Shown piece after piece: positions 51,998 to 64,000 of a DNA stretch of 64,000 bases (the first letter of the stretch is position 1; each line of letters starts with the position of its first letter). The translations under genes were made by a program, and so were the position numbers. The notes beneath the pieces were generated by a model. It saw only the letters and a program-made list of their open reading frames with translations, had not been told where the DNA came from and did not search any database. This DNA comes from the human T2T-CHM13v2.0 reference genome, Homo sapiens, in NCBI RefSeq assembly GCF_009914755.1, contig NC_060926.1. One strand, given 5' to 3'.

Positions 51998-52926
51998 CAC
52001 CTGTAATCAGAATCCCAGAAAGAAAGAAGAGAGATGATGGGAGAGCAACGGGCAATGCCGATGCACGAGCGCTAGAGAAACATTCAAAATGAAACCCAGC
52101 ATGCCCAACCACATGCTAAAACACGCCTCAAAGCCCCTACGCTTCAGAGAGCACGACAGACACCATCAACCCGGCAGACCAGGTGACAGTGAGAAAGTCC
52201 AGAAACAGAAGTACAGACGGAACTCCAGGGCAGGATAAAGGTGCCCATCTCAACCACTGGGACAAACAGGGATGTTTTAATAAACAGTACTGGAGACAAT
52301 TGGGTTGCTGTCTGGGAAAAGATAACATTAAATCCAAACCTAACACCATACACAAGGGTAAACTCCAAACGAATTGGGGATGCAAATGTAAAAAACGAAA
52401 CCGTACAAGCACTCAAAGAAAACATCTTCTGGAAGTCAAGGAAGGCTTTCTAACCAGGACTGAAAATCCAGATGCAATTTAAAAAAAACAGTAAGTTTGA
52501 TACACGGAGGAAAAACCTTTTACAGGGTGAAAGCAGCATGAGAAAGAATGTCAAAATACAGTGGACAAACTGTGAGCAGTTACTTGCAATACACATGAAA
52601 GACAAAGGCCAAAATCTCTTCCATCAGTAGAACTCTTACAAACTGTGTGAACAGAGACCAAAAGCCTAACAGAAAAGCCAAAAGCAAAGACAGAAAAACG
52701 GCCCTTACAAACTGAAATATCCTTCATCTACCAAATCAGCAAGTAAGTAATACACTCCACTCCAAAGCCCCGTGGGAATAGGCTCGCTCAGACACTACTG
52801 GCGGAAATGCAAACTGATATAAGTTTCCTATAGGAAATCTTGAGAAAAATCTAATAAAATGATATAATCTACTTATCTTTTGATAGAAATCACTCCATAA
52901 ACCAACTCTGAAGATAAAACTCAGAT

Positions 52927-53190
<264 letters not shown>

Positions 53191-54328
53191 TATACCAATG
53201 GGCCCTAGGTAAGAGAGCGGCTGGATGAATTGCAGAGTGTATGGCTGTCCACAGGAATGAGCAGGAGCCTGTGGACAGACGTGGCGTGGTTTCCAGGACA
53301 TACTGCTAGGGAAGAGGAGTTCCCTGTAGGACATTCTTTCCGTGCAAGAAAGTGGGCAAATGAAAGCACACAAGGCCACCCAGGAAAGAAAGGGTAGCTC
53401 ATGGGGACAGGGTGGAAAGGACAGGGGACAGCAGGGGTAGGGGACCCGCTTCTCTGAGTCTGGCTGCTACACAGTTCTGGCTTTTGAAGCTGCAATTGGG
53501 TTTCACATCATCAAAAAGTGAAAATTAATACAATCAAAAAGTACACAGGGGGAAAAATTCTAAACTGAAATACAAACAGAAACAAATAACCAAACCCCAT
53601 TTCAGATGAGTAACAACCACGCTGGGGCAGGGTGGGGTGTGCGTAAGAGCTTGCCAAAGTGGCTTTTAGACCCGGTATCTGGACCATACGCCTTCAGCGA
53701 CTGCTGGACTCTAGTTGGGGGTTTCTTTTTCACAGAGGCATAGGTTAATAATCTCTGAGTATTCTGGGATTGAGACTGAACAAATAAGTAAGTACATGAT
53801 GGATTCTGAGAGCTCCACGTCTCCTTGTCAGCAGAGGGAGTAACAAATGTGAAAGGAGAAGGCCAGCCGGTGGCCTTTGTGAGGCTGGGCTGGAAGTGAA
53901 CTGCCATGTGTGTGGGTGGGGCCGGCGTGTGTGGGTGCAGGGGCCGATCTACACACATCTATTCACAGCTCTGGCGGCCGAGAGCTGGTTTCTAAATAGC
54001 ATTCCCCGAGAAAGGAACCAGGCCGCCTTGAGAAAAAGCTGATTCCAGGCCAGGACAGGGTAAGTACAGGCGAGATTAGGACATTTTGTGTATCCAAGAG
54101 AGTAAAGAAGGGTCCCAAAACGGGAGGGACCTGCCAGAAACGCCAGCATGAAGGGGCTCTCATTGGCCAAACTGGAACAATTTGGGCAGCAGAATAGATA
54201 TTGATAATAAAAGGTTATAACCCAGTTAATAAATTAGGAATCTATGAGTTCAAACTAATATAAGTAAACAATAAGGAAACACATAAATAAGGAGGAAAGG
54301 AAAGCTCTTTACAGGAGAAAGTTAACTA

Positions 54329-54530
54329 CAGGAGTCCACATTTCACGTTGTCCACAGGTTCTTGGAAACCGCAACTTTAAGCCAACGACAGAGGGTCCTC
54401 AAGCAATGCCAGTCGTTTGACTATAACACTGGTGCACTGGTGAGAAAAATAACCTTGGTTTTATTCTGTATTATTTCACTTAAAAGTCAGTTTCCAAGAA
54501 CCTCCTGAGGTTAATGAGGGCTTCCCGTCC
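54329..54530. mobile_element. TcMar-Tigger MITE (MER6B-like)
   Basis: Inverted arms ggttcttggaaac...actttaag and cttaaaagtcagtttccaagaacc, matching the recalled MER6B. Confidence 0.7.
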
Positions 54531-54655
54531 TGAATGTAGCAAGAACGGTGACACTAGATGACCATTTCACTTAAAAGTCAGTTTCCAAGAACCTCCTGAG
54601 GTTAATGAGGGCTTCCCGTCCTGAATGTAGCAAGAACGGTGACACTAGATGACCA
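54473..54655. repeat. Exact 91-bp tandem duplication
   Basis: ATTTCACTTAAAAGTCAG...GACACTAGATGACC occurs at 54473-54563 and 54564-54654 with no mismatch seen. Confidence 0.95.
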
Positions 54656-56728
54656 GTAGCCACCACCACGACAACAACAGACTCCGACAAAGAACCATCA
54701 ATGATGCTGAGACTTGTGGGTCAGTGCTCGGGGAGTAGCAGGCTGTCTGCACAGTCCCAGATTATCTCCCTACCAGATACCTGCTAATTATGCAGGAAAC
54801 AATGTAACTTCACAGTGGAAACACCCGCCAGCATCACCTTCACTGAGAGCTTCCGGGCAGCATCAGCAGCAACGAAATACTGCGGTGGCCGCCAAGCCCA
54901 GCGGCATCACTGGAATCCAATCACGAGGAAACATGCCGAAATCCCAAGCTGAAAAACATTTTACAAAATAGCTGCCCCTACGCTTCCAAAATGTGAATGT
55001 CACGAAACATAAAAATGACGAGGAGACTGTCCCGGAGCAAAGGGGACTGGGGAGGACGTGAGAATTGAAGGCCCTGCAGGGCCTGTCATCTGCTGTTGAT
55101 AACGAGACATCACTAGACCATCAGCGAAACATAAACAAGGCCTACAGATGAGAGAACAATGCCTGCTCGCTGTTATTTTCCAACTCTACTCACTGACCGT
55201 AGTTGAAGAGTGACCACGCTTATCTGAGGCAACATGGCCTGGATTATTAGTTGGGGGAAGGCATCACATCTAACACTAACTTTCAAACGATTCTGAAAAA
55301 AAAAAAAAAGGATGCATATCAATAAACAGTAATTCTTTGGACTATTTTTTGCTGATTTTCTGTAAGTTTGAAATTACAGCAAAATTAAAAGTTAAAAAGA
55401 AAAAAGTTAAGGAATAAAATTCCCCATTATTATTGGAAGACACTAATCTTCAGATTCAGGAAGTCCAAAAAAATATCAACAGGGGTAAGTGAAAACGCTT
55501 ACAAAAATGTAGAACACTAAGACTACAAAACACCTAGAGAGACACAACGGATTCCTGCCAAGGAACGGAACAGCCCCAGTGGAACTGAGTGAACCAATCA
55601 CATCCTCAGAGCCCTGGGGAAGAGCAGCTGCCTCCCCAGCACTGTCTTCTGTGAGGGATCATTCAACAATGAAGGAAAAGGAGGCAACTCTCAGACGAAC
55701 AAAAAACGGAACTTCTGCAGGAATTTCTAAAGGATATTACTTCCAAAGGATATTACTTCCAGAAGAAAAGTAAGAGCAAAAAACCAGAATATCTGATATT
55801 CAACAAGAAACAGCAAGCAAGTAATATCCACATATAGGAAACTTTAAGGAGCAGTGGCCATAGGAAGCTGTGACAATGAAGGCAGCACACGGCCGCAGCC
55901 TCCCGTTAGCTGCTGGAAGGAAGCCACACACACCCAGATATTTCAATTCTGCAAATGATTAAGAAAACGAAACCAACAACAAACATAAAAATGGGTGACC
56001 CATGTCAGAAGACACTGACAGCCACAGCAGGCTGGTGGTCAGGCACAGGCCAGGCGAGGGCCACCTCCCGGGACCGAGCAAGGCGCCCTGGTCAGCCTGA
56101 AGACACTGGCACTAGGTCTAAGACGGTGTGGCCGTGCTGGAGGTCACGCAGAGTTAAAAGTAGCTTACCTGTGACCCGGCACTCCCATTCCCAGGCAGGA
56201 ACCTGGCAAAGACCCAAGTTTGCGTGTGTCAGAAAACACACAAAAGAATGTCCACAACATCATGTTTGAGAGCAGCCACATCTGAACATGAATCAAAGTT
56301 GTGAAAATTCACAAAATTGAATGCAAGACACTAATGAACACCAGTCACCGACAGCTACAGGCAGAAACCTGGTTCTCAAAAACAGTCCTGCCTGAAAAAG
56401 AACCCACGAAATAGAAAACGTATAGTATAATTCTATTTACATGAAGTTCAAAAACATAAAACTAAAATCATATTGTTTAGGAACATGTGCATGTATGATA
56501 AAACTTTTTTTTGGAAACAGCAGAATGAAAAGCAAACATGTAAATGTCCTTGTAGTGGTCTCTGTCTCACAGAGCACACGGTCACTGCTATTGTATTGCT
56601 TTAAATGATGCAGATAATGTCTATGAATTGTTTAATTCTTTAATTAGAGATTTATAATTAAAATTTAAAATAAATGCGTGTGGAGGGGATAAAAACAGAA
56701 TGACTAAGCGGGCTGAGAAAGTGATAAA

Positions 56729-57013
<285 letters not shown>

Positions 57014-57797
57014 GTGATAAATCAAACAAACAAACAAAAAAATTTAGAAGGAATTATAGAGAATGGAATGCTGATCTCCACCAGTGACAAATGACATAGG
57101 TAAATCTAAATTTGCCAAATATGGAAATAAGGAAATTGGTAGGACTCTTCTGTTACGTAAAAATATGTATTTTAATCAAAACTATTTTGCTGTTGAACTT
57201 TTCTAGCTATTAATTATTGGCAAATACAAAATCCATGATTCTAGTGGGTTTCTGATAATCTATAAAATTTTCTGAATCTTTTTGAGTCTTTTTATGTGAA
57301 TTTATTTTGGTTCTTCCCATCTTAATGAAACTGCTGACATCTCAAGCCATACTGAACACATGTGCTACCGTAAGGTCAACCTCAGAACACAGCTCTTGTT
57401 AAGACAAGGCCTCTAGAGTTTTCCAACCATGAAAAAGATTCATTTTTGCTTTCAAATGATCCCCAACTTGTAAGAACTACATATTCTCTCCAACTTGGGT
57501 ATTTTAAAATCAATTATGAAAACTGAAATAATTATTTTATCTAATCTTTTTTATTTTTCAAAACATTCTCTCATATTTACATGATTTATACCGCTTTCCT
57601 TGTATAACAACTGTCCTGTAATAAAACCTTTGATAACGAATAACTACATAATGTACTGTTATTTTCTTTTCCCCAATATTCTATTCAGGGTTTTAAACCT
57701 ATGTTTACAAACAAAATGTGCTTATAACGTTTGCTTTATTATTGTCTCTTGCAGGTTCTAAAATCAAGATACTCTAAGCTTCATAAGATTAGCTTGC

Positions 57798-58102
57798 AGC
57801 CAGGCGCAGTGGCTCACGCCTGTAATCCCGGCACTTTGGAAGGTGAAGGTGGGCGGATCACGAGGTCAGGAGATCGAGACCATCCTGGCTCACACGATGA
57901 AACCCCGTCTCTACTAAAAATACAAAAAATTAGCCGGGCGTGGTGGCGGGCGCCTGTAGTCCCAGCTACTCAGGAGGCTGAGGCAGGACAATGGTGTGAA
58001 CCCGGGAGACGGAGCTTGCAGCGAGCCGAGATAGCGCCACTGCACTCCAGCCTGGGTGAAAGAGCAAGACTCCGTCTCAAAAAAAAAAAAAAAAAAAAAA
58101 AA
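57798..58102 (+). mobile_element. AluY SINE
   Basis: gatcacgaggtcaggagatcgagaccatcc, long poly-A and degenerate TSD aag(a/g)ttagctt(g/a)ca. Confidence 0.95.
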
Positions 58103-58471
58103 GGTTAGCTTACATTTTTCTGTGTTTTGAGCCAATCTTAAATAAGGTGAACGTGTGTAAATGTTGGAAAAATATTACATTATCCCTGAAGGAGTAGCAG
58201 CTTTCAACAATTACCTAACTGGGTCCTTTGTGGGGTTCTCAGAAGTTCTTCCTTTTAGTGACAACCAACTCATGCTGCTTCCTGTCAGAGTACAGGATGC
58301 TTTTCTTCTAAGGTCTGACATTTTATAGTTACTTGCTCTGGCCCAGTCAAAGCCCTCCAAAGCCCTGCCATAGAGCACAGAACATCACAGCTCCCGCCCA
58401 CACCAGGACTTCCCCTAGACACTGGCTTCATCATTCTCAGGGCAGCATCTATCCCTGATGGCACATCCGGT

Positions 58472-58883
58472 TGTTAAGGGGGAGGGTCTTCACTGCGAGT
58501 CGTCCAGGTTCTTGACATGTTGAACAAAGAATTGGACAAAACACACAAACAAAGCAATGAAAGAATGAAGCAACGAAAGCACAGATTTGTTTAAGCGAAA
58601 GTACACTCCACAGAGCAGGAGCAAGCTCCAGAGCAAGCTGCTCAAGACTCCCACTTGCAAAATCTTCTGGGGGTTAAGTACCCTTTAGAGGTTTCCTACT
58701 GGTTACACCCTATGTAAATGAAGACTTGGCTCATGACCAATCAGAGGCCAAAGTGAAGTTACACCCTATGCGAATGAAGACTTGGCCTGCAACCAATCAG
58801 GGGCTGAAGTGAAAGCTCAGCCTGCAACCAATCGGATGCTGAAGTGAAGGCCCCCTGTCTCCAGATCCTATTCTACTGCCTTG
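58472..58883 (-). mobile_element. ERV1 solo LTR, MER51-like
   Basis: Reverse of the MER51 consensus: tccaggttcttg...gaacaaagaattggacaaaac, gaaagtacactccacag, repeated accaatc and ctccagatcctattct(a)ctgcc. Confidence 0.8.
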
Positions 58884-58919
58884 CAATGACAAGTTTAGGG
58901 GAGTAAAGCCTTACACTTC

Positions 58920-59135
58920 AGAGCGCAAGCTCACTGGTTAAGAGTCAGTTGCTTGGCACAGCCCCTTGGGCCAGTGACTTCCTTTCTCAATGCCTCTGTT
59001 TTCTCATCTGTAAAATACAGATGATGTAAGGTTAGTAGGACCCATCCGTAGGCTGTTGTGGGGATCACAGCTGTAAATATGTAGAAAACACTTAGCAAAG
59101 TGCCTGTGCAGGGCAGACTCCATCACTGCCAGCCA
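58920..59135. mobile_element. MIR SINE
   Basis: gtgacttcctttctcaatgcctctgttttctcatctgtaaaat...aaaacacttagcaaagtgcctg. Confidence 0.75.
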
Positions 59136-61599
59136 TATTTACCATTATGTAGTTGTTTATTTACCCATCTACTGTTTGACTTTCCCACTGGCACTGGGTG
59201 TGGCAATGGGTGGGGGCTTTTCCTGTGTGGTTCACCAGTAGACCCCAGTGCTTACAGCAGCCTGGCATGTAGCAGATGCTCACAAGAGGTGTCTTGACTG
59301 GCTGAGTGCTGGTGTGTGGACGGGAACCAGCCTAAGGAAAGCACTCTTGAGACTCTTCATCCTGCCCGGGTGTGGGTAGCCTGGGTCTGTCACTCGGCCC
59401 CACACCCGGGGCCCCACTCCTGGCTTCGATAAGCGACGTCACCAATGTCTGCCCCAGCACCTGGACAGACTCTTGTGGCCCTTCCTTCTCGGGAAGCCCA
59501 GAAAGAACTGCAGTGACTGAGACAAACCCAGCGCTGCTGCGGGGTGTGTGGAGGCATCTTGCCATAGTGGGTGGGGTGCACGTGCCACAAACGGCTCACT
59601 CTTGATGATGAGGGTGACTCACGCATCCCCTTGTCCCCACAGTTCTGTTTCTTGGACTTTATCCTAACAAAACAATCATGATAAGAACAACCAGCCCCAA
59701 ACATAAAGACACATGTGCAACAATGCTCGCTGAGGTGTTATTTACTATACAAAAAATTTAAGTCCCATTAACAGAGGATTTTTAAATACTGAAATATTAC
59801 GGAGCTACAAAAAAATCCCATTGCTGTTCTATCGTGTATGTAATAGGTACAGGTATGGACATGGGGAGACAAAGAGGGAAAGAGAGAAAAAGAGAGAGAG
59901 CTCCTGCTTGAGAATCTACAAAATGTCACCTGTGACTTTCTCTGAACTGTGTGCCTCCCAGCTAAATGTGGTCTGGCAGGGTAAAGAGAGCATTTTCCTT
60001 TCTTTCATCTTTCAGCATTGTTGGATGTTAAGTAAAGAAAAGACTACATCTTAACTTTTGAAACTGGGGAAGGGGAGTATTTTCCCATTTATTTAATAAA
60101 CTGCTTTCATCCAACAAAATCAAAGCAATAAATGGGGCAGATCCTCGGAGAGCCTGTGTGTGGAAGGCACTGTGCAGTGCTAGGTGAGAGAGGAGGCGTC
60201 TGGGAGCTCAGGCCACGCCCTCCAAGAACCCGCGGCCAACGACTTAGGTGTGTGCGCCTGGAAAGTGCTTCTTCACGTGTGGACATGGGAGAGGTAATGC
60301 TGAATTCATGTCTCCGCCCAATCTGGATTTAAGGAGGAAGATGCCGGTGAGAGCTCAAAAAGCATCCCCTGTCACGGGGCCCCGGGGCAGCCAATCACAC
60401 ACACCTGGGGGCCTGCACAGGGAAAAAACGCTGCCACTCAAGCAGGCAGAAGCGCCACAAAAACATTCATTTTTATTTTTTCTAAAAAAAGACAAGAACA
60501 TCCATTGCTGTTGAAATATTTAACTTAAAAAAGAAACAGTGCAAATTTCAGAATGAAATATATCCTCTATTGCTTCCCCTAGAATCCAGGCCACAGAAAG
60601 TGCATCTGAACGGGACCACATGCGCTACGGTATGCACTGATGAAACACTGACAAAGGCTGGTGTAACTTTTAAAATGCGAAGGATTAGCACAATTGAAGG
60701 TGTGAAACTAGAAGGCAGCTGAAAAAATTAAAAAGTAACTAACGCACATAAATAAGAAATCTGGGGTCTCTGGAAAATATTTTCAAACATAGAGTACTTG
60801 GACAATCCTGAATTTGAAACCCAAATTGGACATGCAAAGGCAAAAATGTAGCCACAATTAGCTGAAAGAAACACAGCCCTGAGCCATCCTACAAGAAAAC
60901 CAATCCTGCCACAACTCACCAGTGCGAACTTAACATGGAGAAAGAGGTCCTCACCACACAGTATCCTGAACAGAAAGGCTGGTGAGAGTGAAAATTAAAA
61001 GCCAAGAGAACAATAGCAATTTTTAAACTCCTTCAGATAAAGTAAATAAATCCTACTCCCTGTAAAGCCTATTGCCATTATGTGTTTGCTCTCCAGGGGC
61101 CAAGCAAAGCCAAAGTGCCTGCGTGGCATGCTGTGGCTTCCTGCTCAGCAGCCCACCCGCTTCAGTGCAGCAGCCAGCACACTCAGGACCCCCAGGCAGA
61201 TAGCACGCAGGACTCTGACGCAAGTGGTGACAGGATGGTCGGAAGAGCCCCACTCACGAGGCACCACAGCTCACAGCACAACTGGGAACCCACGCTGCAG
61301 AAAGCCTGTTCTCTGTCTCCTGTGGAAACCCTGGTCAGTTGTTGTTAAACTCGCCATCCCTTGGAGAGGCCATAACAGAAGGGGGCGTGGGCGAGGTGCT
61401 GCTGTAGGGACGCAGCGACAGGGACAGGAGCCAAAGAACAAGAGACTGAATATGGCTGCAGCGCCCTGGCTTAGGAAGAGCAGAGTCTACACCGACCTGG
61501 GAAGGAAGAACAACTGCAGCTCAGACACTTCCAAAGCACAACTTCAGAAATGAGCAAGATCTTTCCTCTAAGACACATGCTCTCTTACAGCAGCTAAAG

Positions 61600-63156
61600 G
61601 CAAGCAACATCCTCTTCAACAAATGGTGCTGGACCATCAAATTGCCACAGGCAAAGGAATGAAGTTGAACCCCTACCTCATACCATATGCAAAACTTAAG
61701 GCAGAATACACCAATGATCTAAATATAAGAACTAAAACCATAAAACTCATAGAAGAAAACACAGGGGGTTAGTCTTCATGACCTTGGATTTGGCAGTGGC
61801 TTCTTAGATATGACATCAAAGGCCAAGCAACAAAAAACAGATTAACTGCACTTCATCAAAATGAAAAACTTCTGTGCACCACAGGACACCATCCAGAGAG
61901 TGAAATGACAACCTACAGAATAGAAGGAGATATTTGCAGATTATATATCTATAACATATGAAGTACCCCTACAACACAACAACAAAAAAACAAACAACCC
62001 AATTCAAATATGGGCAAAAGACGTGAAGAGACATTTATCCAAAGAAAATATGCCAACGGCCAATAGGTACATGAAAAGATGTTCAACATCACTAATTATT
62101 AGGCAAATACAAATCACAACCACAATAAGATACCATTCACACTCACTAGGATGACTATTATTTCAAAATTGGAAAATAAAAAATATTGGTGCGGATGTGA
62201 AGAAATTGGAACCCTCATACGTGGTGGGCAGGAACATAAAATGGTGCAGTGTTGTGGAAAACACTTTGGTGGTTTCTAAAAACTTAAACACAGGGCTGGG
62301 CGTGGTGGCTCACGCCTGTAATCCCAGCACTTTGGGAGGCCGAGACGGGTGGATCACCTGTGGTCAGGAGTTCGAGACCAGCCTGGTCAACATGGCAAAA
62401 CCCCATCTCTACTAAAAATACAAAAATTAACCGGGCGTGGTGGCGGGTGTCTGTAGTCCCAGCTACTCGGGAGGCTGAAGCACGAGAGTCACTTGAACCC
62501 CGGGGGACAGAGGCTGCAGGAAGCCGAGATTGTACCACTGTACTCCAGGCTGGGCAACAGAGTGGGATGAAAAAAAAATAATAATAAATTAAGCACAAAA
62601 TTATCATAGGATTCAACAATTCTGCTCCAAGGTATATACCCAAAAGATGTGAAAGCAGGGACTCAGAGACGTGTGTACACATATGTTCACAGCAGCATTA
62701 GTCACAATGGCCAAAAAGTTAAGACGGCCCAAAGGTCCACCAAGAGATGGAATAAATAAGATGTGATGTATGCACACAATGGACTGCTCATCCTTAAAAG
62801 TTTTAGGAACCAAATTCTGACCATGCCACAATACGAGTGAACCCTGACACATTATGCCAAGTGAAAGAAGCCACGCACAAAAGGACAAATACAAGTCCAT
62901 TCACAGAAGGGCCCTAGAGGAGTCAGATTCGCTGAGAAAGCAGAATGGTGAATGGTGGGTGCCGCAGCCAGAGGGAGGGAAACAGGATTGTTTACTAGGT
63001 ATGGAGTTTCTGTTCGGGAAGATGAAAACGTTCTGGGAATGGATGGTGGTGATGGTTGCCCAACAATGGGAAAATATTTACTGCCACTGAACTGTGCGCT
63101 TCAAAATGCTTAGAATTATAAATTTATGTTATGTATATTTTACCACAATAAAAAAG
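61600..63156 (+). mobile_element. L1MB-type 3' portion (ORF2 end plus 3' UTR), interrupted by an Alu
   Basis: ttcaacaaatggtgctgg, cttcatgaccttggatttggcagtgg and atgaaaagatgttcaacatcactaat, with 3' end aatttatgttatgtatattttaccacaataaaaaa. Confidence 0.9.
62294..62588 (+). mobile_element. AluS SINE inserted in L1MB
   Basis: ggctgggcgtggtggctcacgcctgtaatcccagc...gatcacctgtggtcaggagttcgagacc, with degenerate TSD ttaa(a/g)caca. Confidence 0.94.
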
Positions 63157-64000
63157 CATGATGAACAAAGAAATTAATATACATGTTGGTAGACAGAAAC
63201 AACACCCAAGTGTTATTTCAAGAATTAAAAAGAAATATGTTATTTATTAAAAGAATCAGGGATTGCTTTATTAACTGATATGAAATAATCTTCAAGACAG
63301 AATAAATGGCAAAGCAAGGAGTTGGAAGAAAACAACAGATGGCAGTATGTTTTAAACTCTCTATGATTTGCTAGATACTTCTGGGGCCATGGGCATCCCA
63401 GCGAGCCAGCAGCTGGCTGCTTCTCTGGTCCGAGACCCCCACATCCACCGCACCTGAGGCCTCTCTGAATGCTGATGGGAGCCTGTGGGGCAGTTCACAT
63501 GCCACCCCCAAGCACACAGAGGTCACCCCTGTCATACTGCTAAAGAGAAGTGCACAACAGGCCCAGGGGTACGACCTTCCCAGGCCATGAGTGCAGGCAT
63601 GAGAGGCACAGTCTGAACGAGACCACATCACTCACTGGCGGTGCACCTGTTTCTGGAAAAAAACCCTGACTAGGATGATTCACCAACTGCCTTCGCTGAA
63701 CAAATGTTTCAGAATCTGAGAAGCAGAGCCCCAAGGAAGCCACAAGAGCCTGGGGTCAGAAGGCGGCAGCCTCGCCTGGCTCTGCTGGCAGCTGGGTTTC
63801 CTGGGGCACCTGGCTTTGCCCTGGGAGCCTAGCCGTACCCACCTGGGAGGGAGGGTGTGCCTTTCCCACGGGGTGGCCCAGGGCTCGGCTGAGCCAATGG
63901 CATGAATAAGGCAAGCCGGGGCCCGATGAACGTTCCTCCCCTTCCCCAGGGGTTGGGAGGCACCCCCATGCAGCTCAGAAACTGGGGCCCAGGTCCCCTG

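Noticed and set aside
55729-55761. Short local duplications (AAAGGATATTACTTCC x2; also near 7363-7438, 37995-38033, 44596-44635)
   Set aside because: Ordinary slippage doublets with no sign of function.

Overview
This is primate, almost certainly human, genomic DNA: GC-rich unique sequence with Alu, old L1, MIR, LTR and DNA-transposon relics and several minisatellites. An 84-nt stretch at 42071-42154 matches my recollection of the hsa-mir-4269 hairpin. That places the window at chr2q37.3 inside the very large intron of HDAC4 (minus strand), between the ATG-bearing exon (MSSQSHP) and the next exon (DGLSGRDQ...). I found no canonical HDAC4 coding exon and no other credible protein-coding gene. 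The listed ORFs are explained by GC richness, tandem repeats or Alus. I see no new biological system of the CRISPR or operon kind. The best leads are: (1) an 84-nt, phase-matched, stop-free candidate HDAC4 cassette exon at 5420-5503; (2) candidate alternative first exons, one giving an in-frame MF|DGLSG start; (3) a ~2 kb compound VNTR carrying dozens of SOX-type motifs next to a tandem ARE; (4) a mosaic AluYa5-like element forming an inverted pair with a nearby AluY; (5) an exact 91-bp tandem duplication; (6) a dispersed 34-bp duplicated splice acceptor; (7) a candidate antisense exon near MIR4269. Locus and repeat-subfamily calls come from memory of consensus sequences, not from database searches.
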